Source of the DNA: Gaiellaceae bacterium
GTDB lineage: Bacteria > Actinomycetota > Thermoleophilia > Gaiellales > Gaiellaceae
Reading direction: 5' to 3'
Length of the DNA stretch: 64,000 nt
Assembly: GCA_036274755.1 (NCBI GenBank)
Contig: DASUFC010000061.1
Coordinates: 3,278 to 67,277, forward strand
How positions within the stretch are numbered: position 1 is the first letter of the stretch; each line of letters starts with the position of its first letter. The notes under the pieces were generated by a model. The model was not told the origin of the DNA, made no database searches, and saw only the letters and a program-made list of their open reading frames with translations. The position numbers and the translations under genes are program-made. This document shows positions 57,523-64,000 of this stretch, in pieces.

Positions 57523-58335
57523 CTACACGGACACCGTCACGTGCAGGTAGGTCGCCGGAATCGACGACGACCCGTCCTCCGAGCTCTCGTTCTTCTCCTC
57601 GAAGAGGGCCTGCAGCTCGTCGAGGAGCTCATCGGTTCGACCGTTCGCCTCTGCTGCGGCGAAGGCGTTCATGGTCGGCCCATAGTACGTGCGGAACTCG
57701 TTCACGACAGCGGCCGGGGCGATCGGATACTCGAAGCGCCAGGTCCTCGGCTCGCACACGACGTTCTCGGCCCGGATTCCCGCCTCGCCGAATCGCTCGA
57801 GCACGTTGCTCTCGACGCCCCAGGTCACCGGGCTGATGAATCCCTCGGGCGGCGACGGCGAGTACGCCGCGCTGATCTTGAGGAGTTGCGCGATGACCGT
57901 CGGGTCGCCCGGGATCCAGTTGCCCATGACGACGCGTCCGCCGGGGCGGGTGACCCGGACCATCTCCTTCGCGACATCGACCGGCCGCGGCGCGAACATC
58001 GCACCGAAGACGCTGACAGTGAGGTCGAACGAGTCGTCGTCGAGGTCCTCGAGGTTCGACGCATCTCCTTCCTGGAAGCTGATGTTCGTGAGACCCGCGT
58101 CCTCCGCGCGGCGCTTCGCCGCAGCGAGGAGGTTGCTCGCGATGTCCACTCCGAGGACGTTCGCGCCACGCTTCGCCGACGGCAATGCCGTGTTGCCGTC
58201 CCCGCAGGCGAGATCGAGGACGTCCATCTGGCCGGTCACGCCCAGGTCGGCGACGAACGCCTCGCCGCTCTCGCGCATGCCGTCTGCGATGCGCGTGAAG
58301 TCGCCCTGCTCCCAGAGCGCCTTGTTCGGATTCAT
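57523..58335 (-). CDS. Class I SAM-dependent methyltransferase
   Basis: ORF 57523..58479 trimmed to ATG at 58335, which is preceded by ggaggaggacggg. SAM motif VLDLACGDGNTAL. Also VRVTRPGGRVVM. Confidence 0.85.
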   Translation of the reverse strand: MNPNKALWEQGDFTRIADGMRESGEAFVADLGVTGQMDVLDLACGDGNTALPSAKRGANVLGVDIASNLLAAAKRRAEDAGLTNISFQEGDASNLEDLDDDSFDLTVSVFGAMFAPRPVDVAKEMVRVTRPGGRVVMGNWIPGDPTVIAQLLKISAAYSPSPPEGFISPVTWGVESNVLERFGEAGIRAENVVCEPRTWRFEYPIAPAAVVNEFRTYYGPTMNAFAAAEANGRTDELLDELQALFEEKNESSEDGSSSIPATYLHVTVSV

Positions 58336-58442
58336 CCCGTCCTCCTCCGGATCGCTGCTGTCGCGTGAGCGTAACGGCCGCACCTCGTGCTGTGCGGTGA
58401 CGGCGAGGTGAGGAGGAGGTTCCCAACCGGGTACGCCTGCGG

Positions 58443-58464
58443 GCAGATTCCTACCGCACATTCG
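58443..58464 (+). repeat. 22-nt imperfect direct repeat, left copy
   Basis: GcAGATTCCTaCCGCAcATtCG matches 60153..60174 GtAGATTCCTgCCGCAaATgCG at 18 of 22 positions. Confidence 0.7.
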
Positions 58465-58607
58465 AGGCGGGCGGGCCACACGAACAGTCGGTGATCGGGG
58501 TCTGCGAGCACGCCGTTTCGCTTACCGCTAGCTCGGATGTGCGCTTGAACAGGTCAAGTCAGCCCCGTATGGTCGCGACATGCTTGGACCGGTCGGAGGA
58601 GCGAATC

Positions 58608-59531
58608 GTGGGTGAATCTCTGAAGACGACGACCACCCGAGACGGTCGCGTGCTCGCGTTCGCAGTGTGGGGTGATCCCGAGGGTTTCCCGATCATGTCA
58701 CTGCACGGGACACCCGGATCCCGGCTCGGCCGATGGCCGAGGGAAGACCTCTACAAGGGCCTCGGGGCGTGCATCGTGACCCACGATCGTCCTGGCTACG
58801 GTCGATCGACACGCCGCGCAGGGCGCATCGTCGCCGACGAGGCGGAGGACGTTCTCTTGCTCGCTGACAACCTCGGATTCGAGCGCTTCGCGGTCTCAGG
58901 CGGATCCGGAGGCGGTCCGCATGTTCTCGCGTGTGCGGCTCTTCTCCCTGATCGGGTGATTCGCGCGACGTGCTCAGTAGGAATCACACCATTCGGCTCC
59001 CCGGGTCTTGAGCGCGAGGCTTGGTTCGACGGCATGGATCCCGAGAACGTCAAGGAGATGGGTTGGGCCGAAGCGGGCGAGGGCGTCCTCCGCGTCGAGT
59101 TGGAACGGGAGCACGCAGCTATGAGCGAGCGCGTAGCCAAAGACCCATCCACGATCCTTGGCGACTTCGAACTCAGCGAGTCAGACCAAGCGCAGCTGGC
59201 GCGTCCCGAATTCCATCAGATCATCCGCGAATCGGTCCCAGAGCAGGCGGTGAATGGCGTGTGGGGATGGGTGGATGACGATCTTGCGTTTCTTCGACCT
59301 TGGGGCTTCGACGTTCGAGACATATCCGTGCCAGTCCTCATCGAGTACGGCGAGACGGACGTCCTCGTACCAGCCGCACACGGGGCGTGGCTCGCTGCCA
59401 ACGTGCCTGATTGCGCCGTCAAGATCGACAACGAGGCGGGTCACATGGGATCGGACCCGGAGCGCGAGATCGCGGAGAACGTGCATTGGCTCCGCGACGG
59501 GGTCCCTCCGCCTGGAAGTCGCGTGCAGTAG
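58608..59531 (+). CDS. Alpha/beta hydrolase (paralog of 36483..37343)
   Basis: ORF 58491..59531. GTG at 58608 is preceded by ggaggagcgaatc (the start is uncertain). Motifs: HGTPGSR, DRPGYGRS, VSGGSGGGPH, EAGHM. Contains many more A/T-ending codons than neighbouring genes. Confidence 0.8.
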   Translation: MGESLKTTTTRDGRVLAFAVWGDPEGFPIMSLHGTPGSRLGRWPREDLYKGLGACIVTHDRPGYGRSTRRAGRIVADEAEDVLLLADNLGFERFAVSGGSGGGPHVLACAALLPDRVIRATCSVGITPFGSPGLEREAWFDGMDPENVKEMGWAEAGEGVLRVELEREHAAMSERVAKDPSTILGDFELSESDQAQLARPEFHQIIRESVPEQAVNGVWGWVDDDLAFLRPWGFDVRDISVPVLIEYGETDVLVPAAHGAWLAANVPDCAVKIDNEAGHMGSDPEREIAENVHWLRDGVPPPGSRVQ

Positions 59532-59627
59532 GCCTTTAGCCCCTGCTGACCCTTTCGAGGGTAGAGCACTCCAGAAGCGCGTCCGATGGCGAGGGCGGTA
59601 AGGAAAGCCGCCTCGAAAGGAGCCATC

Positions 59628-59888
59628 GTGAGAAAGCCGCTCATCACGCTCGGCTGCATCTGCGCGCTTGCGCTGCCAGCCATGGGACTTGCAGGGAACT
59701 CGGGTGACGGGAGCGAGTACGGAACGCAGCCCGGCTACCCCGTGGCGAACGCGAACACCGAGTGCGCCGGTCATGGTGCGTTCGGTGCGTTCGGCAAGGA
59801 CAACAACTGGTCTGGTGGGGCCAACGGCCACAACACCGGCATCGCAAACGGCACCTTGTGCGGGAATCGCCAGGGAAACTTGCCCTAG
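59628..59888 (+). CDS. Small secreted Gly/Asn-rich protein (86 aa precursor)
   Basis: GTG at 59628 within ORF 59586..59888, preceded by aaaggagccatc. Signal-like N-terminus VRKPLITLGCICALALPAMGLAG. Mature part: NSGDGSEYGTQPGYPVANANTECAGHGAFGAFGKDNNWSGGANGHNTGIANGTLCGNRQGNLP. A hairpin follows. Confidence 0.55.
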   Translation: MRKPLITLGCICALALPAMGLAGNSGDGSEYGTQPGYPVANANTECAGHGAFGAFGKDNNWSGGANGHNTGIANGTLCGNRQGNLP

Positions 59889-59910
59889 AACCCACACGTC
59901 GCTGCCATTC

Positions 59911-59941
59911 GACGGGCGCCCTGCGGGGCGCCCCGTCATTT
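59911..59941 (+). terminator. GC-rich hairpin followed by ATTT after the small secreted-protein gene
   Basis: gacgggcgcc ctgc ggggcgccccgtc attt. The stem is imperfect (one extra C) and the T-run is short. Confidence 0.4.
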
Positions 59942-60152
59942 GAAGGCGCGAGCTTCAGGGGAATCACCGACGAGGGTCGGATCGCGAGTTGCCGTCCTTT
60001 CGCAGAGGATGGCGCGAGTCCGATCCCACGACGCCTTCTTCAGTAGGCGACCGTCGCAATCCGCAGCGTCGTGGAAGAGAAGGCCGGTCACGGGGGCATC
60101 GACGACATCACGGATACGTAGTCATGCCGGTTTCAGGACTCTCCGGGCGTAG

Positions 60153-60174
60153 GTAGATTCCTGCCGCAAATGCG
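60153..60174 (+). repeat. 22-nt imperfect direct repeat, right copy (overlaps ppdK start codon)
   Basis: GtAGATTCCTgCCGCAaATgCG. The ATG at 60170 is the ppdK start. The left copy has ATT at the equivalent position. Confidence 0.7.
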
Positions 60175-62767
60175 CTACGTCTTCGACTTCGGCGAGGACT
60201 CGGGCGGCGGTCGCGAGCTCCTCGGCGGGAAGGGCATCGGCCTCGCCGAGATGACGCAGCTCGGCATCCCGGTGCCGGACGGCTTCACCATCACGACGGA
60301 GGCCTGTCTCGCCTACCTCGCGGAGGGTGGCGCCGTCCCCGAGGGGCTCGATGCCGAGGTCGACGAGCACATCGCGCGCCTCGAGCAGCGGACCGGCAAG
60401 GGCTTCGGAGACGACCACGACCCCCTGCTCGTCTCCGTCCGCTCGGGAGCGGCGATCTCGATGCCCGGGATGATGGACTCGATCCTCAACCTCGGGCTCA
60501 ACGCCGTCGCGGTCGAAGGCCTGGCCGCCTCGACGGGGAACGCACGCTTCGCGCTCGACTCCTACCGCCGGCTCCTGCAGATGTACGGCGAGGTCGTCGA
60601 CGGCGTCGACGCCCATCGCTTCGAGCAGGCGCTGACCGACCTGAAGGCTGCGCGCGGCGTCTCGCAGGACGTCGACCTGACCGCCGACGACCTGCGCGAG
60701 CTCGTCGCGACGTTCGAGGCCATCTACGAGGAGGAGACGGGGAGCGGCTTCCCACAGGATCCGCGTGAGCAGCTCCAACGCGCATACCGCGCGGTCTTCG
60801 ACTCGTGGAACGCTCCGCGCGCGCAGGTCTACCGGCGCGCGAACGACATCTCCGAGGATCTCGGAACAGCGGTCAACGTCGTGCAGATGGTCTTCGGGAA
60901 CCGCGGGGACGCGTCCGGGACGGGCGTCTGCTTCACGCGCGACCCGGCGACGGGCGAGCGACGGCTCTTCGGCGAGTTCCTCCGGAACGCGCAGGGCGAG
61001 GACGTCGTTGCGGGGATCCGCACGCCCGAGCCGATCGCACGGATGCAGGAGGTCATGCCCGCCGCCTACGAGCAGCTCGTCGACACGCTCGAGCGCCTCG
61101 AGGCGCACTACCGAGACCTCCAGGACATCGAATTCACGGTGGAGGAGGGGACGCTCTACCTCCTGCAGACCCGTACCGGCAAGCGGACGGCTGCCGCCGC
61201 GCTGCGCGTCGCGGCGGAGATGGTCGACGAGGGGCTCATCTCGCGCGAGGAGGCGGTCGCGCGCATCGATCCGGGGCAGCTCGACCAGTTGCTGCACCCG
61301 ATGATCGACCCGGACGCGCACGTCGACGTCGCGGCGCGAGGGCTCAACGCGTCGCCGGGCGCGGCTTCCGGCGCGATCGTGCTGGACGCCGACGCGGCCG
61401 AGGAGCGCGGCAAGGCCGGCGAGGCCGTGATTCTCGTGCGCTGGGAGACGACCCCGGACGACATCCACGGGCTCATCCATGCGCGCGGCGTGCTCACAGC
61501 CCACGGTGGCATGACGTCGCATGCCGCTGTGGTCGCTCGCGGCATGGGGAAGCCGTGCGTCGCCGGGTGCGAGGACATGGACATCAACCCCGTCGCGCAG
61601 ACCCTGCGGATCGGCTCCCACGAGCTCCGAGCGGGCGACGTCATCACCGTGGACGGCGGGACGGGGCGCGTGATCGTCGGGGCCGTTCCGCTCGTTCCCC
61701 CGGCGATCGACGAGAACTTCGGGACGATCCTCGAGTGGGCCGATGACATCCGACGGCTGCGCGTCCGCGCCAACGCCGACACGCCCGAGGATGCCGCGAA
61801 GGCACGAGAGTTCGGCGCGGAGGGGATCGGCCTCTGCCGGACCGAGCACATGTTCATGGGGGAGGAGAGGCTTCCGGTCGTGCGCGAGATGATCCTCGCC
61901 CGCGACGAGGAGGAGCGCCGCGCCGCGCTCGACAAGCTCCTGCCGATGCAGCAGGGCGACTTCGAGGGGATCCTCGAGGCGATGGCCGGGCTGCCCGTGA
62001 CCATCCGGCTGCTCGATCCGCCGCTCCACGAGTTCCTGCCGCCGCTCGAGGAGGCGACGTCCGACGCGATGCGCGACCGCATCCGCCAGCTGCACGAGGC
62101 GAATCCCATGCTCGGGACGCGCGGCTGCCGGCTCGGGCTCCAGTTTCCCGAGATCTACGAGATGCAGGTCCGCGCGATCGTTCGCGCGGCACGCGCCGTT
62201 CGCGAGCGGACGGGCGAGGCGCCGCAGGTCGAGATCATGCATCCGCTCGTCGGCTTCACAGAGGAGCTCTCGCGGCTGCGCCGGCTCACCGAGACGGTGG
62301 CCGCGGAGGAGCCGAGCGTCGAGTACCTCTGCGGCACGATGATCGAGCTCCCGCGCGCGGCGCTCCGCGCCGACGAGATCGCCGCCGAGGCGGACTTCTT
62401 CTCGTTCGGGACGAACGACCTCACGCAGACGACGCTCGGGTTCTCGCGCGACGACGCGGAGGGGAAGTTCCTCACGTACTACCTCGAGCACGGGATCCTC
62501 GAGCGGAACCCGTTCGAGGTGATCGACGAGGACGGTGTCGGCGATCTCATGCGGATCGGCGTCGAACGTGGGAGGGCGGCGAAGCCGGGCATCAAGCTCG
62601 GTATCTGCGGTGAGCACGGCGGCGAGCCGCGGTCGGTCGCGTTCTGTCACCGCCTCGGGCTCGACTACGTCTCGTGCTCGCCGTACCGCGTGCCCCTCGC
62701 ACGCCTCGCCGCGGCACAGGCCGCCCTCGCCGAGGCAGGCGTCACCGCCGTCGCAATCGGCGGCTGA
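60170..62767 (+). CDS. ppdK: Pyruvate, phosphate dikinase
   Basis: 865 aa. Motifs: LLGGKGIGLAEM, phospho-His loop GGMTSHAAVVARGMG, GLCRTEHMF, FFSFGTNDLTQ, ICGEHGG. Confidence 0.97.
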   Translation: MRYVFDFGEDSGGGRELLGGKGIGLAEMTQLGIPVPDGFTITTEACLAYLAEGGAVPEGLDAEVDEHIARLEQRTGKGFGDDHDPLLVSVRSGAAISMPGMMDSILNLGLNAVAVEGLAASTGNARFALDSYRRLLQMYGEVVDGVDAHRFEQALTDLKAARGVSQDVDLTADDLRELVATFEAIYEEETGSGFPQDPREQLQRAYRAVFDSWNAPRAQVYRRANDISEDLGTAVNVVQMVFGNRGDASGTGVCFTRDPATGERRLFGEFLRNAQGEDVVAGIRTPEPIARMQEVMPAAYEQLVDTLERLEAHYRDLQDIEFTVEEGTLYLLQTRTGKRTAAAALRVAAEMVDEGLISREEAVARIDPGQLDQLLHPMIDPDAHVDVAARGLNASPGAASGAIVLDADAAEERGKAGEAVILVRWETTPDDIHGLIHARGVLTAHGGMTSHAAVVARGMGKPCVAGCEDMDINPVAQTLRIGSHELRAGDVITVDGGTGRVIVGAVPLVPPAIDENFGTILEWADDIRRLRVRANADTPEDAAKAREFGAEGIGLCRTEHMFMGEERLPVVREMILARDEEERRAALDKLLPMQQGDFEGILEAMAGLPVTIRLLDPPLHEFLPPLEEATSDAMRDRIRQLHEANPMLGTRGCRLGLQFPEIYEMQVRAIVRAARAVRERTGEAPQVEIMHPLVGFTEELSRLRRLTETVAAEEPSVEYLCGTMIELPRAALRADEIAAEADFFSFGTNDLTQTTLGFSRDDAEGKFLTYYLEHGILERNPFEVIDEDGVGDLMRIGVERGRAAKPGIKLGICGEHGGEPRSVAFCHRLGLDYVSCSPYRVPLARLAAAQAALAEAGVTAVAIGG

Positions 62768-62770
62768 GCG

Positions 62771-63622
62771 TCAGCCGACGCTGACGACGGCGACCGCGAC
62801 GGCCACCACCCCGACCGCAGCCATCGAGAGCGTTGCGACGGCCGGCGACCGGCGCAGGCTCGAGAACGCGAGCGCGCACAGCCCTCCGCCGACGAGCCCG
62901 CCGATGTGCCCGCCGATGGAGATGCCGGGGATGAGGAACGTGATCGCGAGATTCACGACGACGAGGCCCATCGCCTGGCCTCCGAAGACCCAGATGCGTC
63001 GCGCTTCGAGCACGAGCGCGGCGCCCATGATTCCCCAGATCGCGCCAGAGGCTCCGACCGTGAGCGCGTTCGGCGACCAGACGAGCGCGCCGGCCGAGCC
63101 GGCGAGGCCGGAGACGACGTAGACGAGCAGGTAGCGCCAGTGCCCGAAGTACTCCTCGAGCGCCGGGCCGATGAACCAGAGCACGAGCATGTTCATCCCG
63201 AGGTGCAGGAGGCCGTAGTGGAGGAAGGTCGCCGTGAGGAGCCGCCACCACTCACCCTGTGAGACCCCGACGAGCTGACCGCTCGAGTCGACGGCGCTCG
63301 ACACGAGCACGCCGTGCTCGTAGATCCAGCCGCGGTTCGCGCTCAGTCCGGCGCCCATCAGGAGCTGCATGAGGTACACGCCGACGTTGACGCCGATCAG
63401 CGCGATCGTGACGAACGGGCCGTAGAGCGAGAGCCGGCGATTGGCGCTTCGGGCTGCCTGCCGCGGCGCCGATGCCTTCCCGCCCGTCGTGGCGTGGTCC
63501 GGGCAGCGAATCCCGACCGGGCCGTGCGTCATGCAGTCCGGGCAGATCCCACGACCGCACTCGGAGCACGAGACGTAGGTCTCCCGATCGGGGTGCCTGT
63601 AGCACCGGAGGGGCTCGGCCAC
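62771..63622 (-). CDS. Rhomboid-family intramembrane serine protease with N-terminal zinc-ribbon
   Basis: 283 aa. Zinc-ribbon CYRHP...CSECGRGICPDC. Motifs: WRLLTATFLHYGLLHLGMNM, catalytic GASGAIWG, GGHIGGLVGG. Confidence 0.9.
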   Translation of the reverse strand: MAEPLRCYRHPDRETYVSCSECGRGICPDCMTHGPVGIRCPDHATTGGKASAPRQAARSANRRLSLYGPFVTIALIGVNVGVYLMQLLMGAGLSANRGWIYEHGVLVSSAVDSSGQLVGVSQGEWWRLLTATFLHYGLLHLGMNMLVLWFIGPALEEYFGHWRYLLVYVVSGLAGSAGALVWSPNALTVGASGAIWGIMGAALVLEARRIWVFGGQAMGLVVVNLAITFLIPGISIGGHIGGLVGGGLCALAFSSLRRSPAVATLSMAAVGVVAVAVAVVSVG

Positions 63623-63641
63623 GGCGGGTTAGCGTACAGAC

Positions 63642-64000
63642 GTGCGCGCGGACGTCGTCTTCACGCCCGACGAGACCGGAGCAGCCCCGACGGGGATCGT
63701 GATCGACGTCATCCGGGCGACGTCGACGATCTGCCAGGCGCTCGCCGCCGGCTACGAGCGCGTGTTCTGTGCGGCCGAGGTCGAGGAGGCCGTAACGCTC
63801 CGCGAGGCGCTCGGCGAGGGGATCCTCGGAGGGGAGCGCCACGCGGTCCTGATCCCGGGGTTCGACCTCGGGAACTCCCCGCGCGAGTACGTGGAGCGCG
63901 CAGGCGCCACGCTCATCCTGTCGACGACGAACGGCACGCGCGCCGTCGTGGCCGCGGCTCGGCGCTGCGAGCGCGTCTACATCGCGTCGCTCCTGAACCT
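63642..64000 (+). CDS. comB: 2-phosphosulfolactate phosphatase (ComB family), N-terminal part; runs off window end
   Basis: GTG at 63642. Motifs: IVIDVIRATSTI, GGERHAVLIPGFDLGNSPRE, LSTTNGTRA. Confidence 0.75.
   Translation, partial: MRADVVFTPDETGAAPTGIVIDVIRATSTICQALAAGYERVFCAAEVEEAVTLREALGEGILGGERHAVLIPGFDLGNSPREYVERAGATLILSTTNGTRAVVAAARRCERVYIASLLN

Noticed and set aside
59936-60091. 51-codon reverse-strand ORF (VTGLLFHDAADCDGRLLKKASWDRTRAILCERTATRDPTLVGDSPEARAFK) between the small secreted-protein gene and ppdK
   Set aside because: It has no SD and only intermediate codon bias, and I recognise no family. It is preceded by an in-frame stop two codons upstream of a longer protein-like stretch, so it may be a gene remnant. 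The evidence is not strong enough to call a CDS or a pseudogene.

Overview
High-GC (about 70 percent by eye), densely packed chromosomal segment that looks like core Actinomycetota DNA. All calls come from motif recognition in the six-frame translations, third-position GC bias, start/SD context and synteny. No database search was run. About 70 CDS and 2 tRNAs are supported. There are no rRNA genes, transposases, integrases, cas genes or recognisable defence or toxin-antitoxin modules. Content in order: an Rpf-like transglycosylase, a STAS protein and an HTH regulator near tRNA-Glu and tRNA-Gln; an HD-hydrolase plus heterodimeric ABC exporter operon; a histidine-utilisation cluster (formiminotransferase-hutH-hutU-hutI); an MBL-hisS-aspS operon; mnmA; the mycobacterial-type block alaS-ruvX-mltG-aroE-aroC-aroKB-aroQ-pepP-efp, continued by a Bacillus-type accB-accC-nusB-(xseB-like)-ispA...tlyA-nadK-recN-pyrG block; sugar, peptide and nucleoside metabolism genes (GH13, M20, AKR, ald, deoB, deoA); fpg, recO and glyQS; and the PPDK regulatory protein and ppdK, separated by an accessory block. 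Many adjacent genes overlap by 4 nt (GTGA/ATGA), which implies translational coupling. I did not find a convincing new multi-gene system. The most unusual items are: (1) a complete AccB fused to a pyruvate-carboxyltransferase-like domain in which all four metal ligands are substituted; (2) a roughly 1.7 kb segment with atypical codon usage upstream of ppdK, bracketed by a 22-nt imperfect direct repeat; (3) a perfect 50-nt tandem repeat with embedded hairpins in the largest non-coding gap; (4) aroE with its conserved N-terminus encoded upstream of any canonical start codon; (5) MnmA with a Cys-less N-terminal extension.
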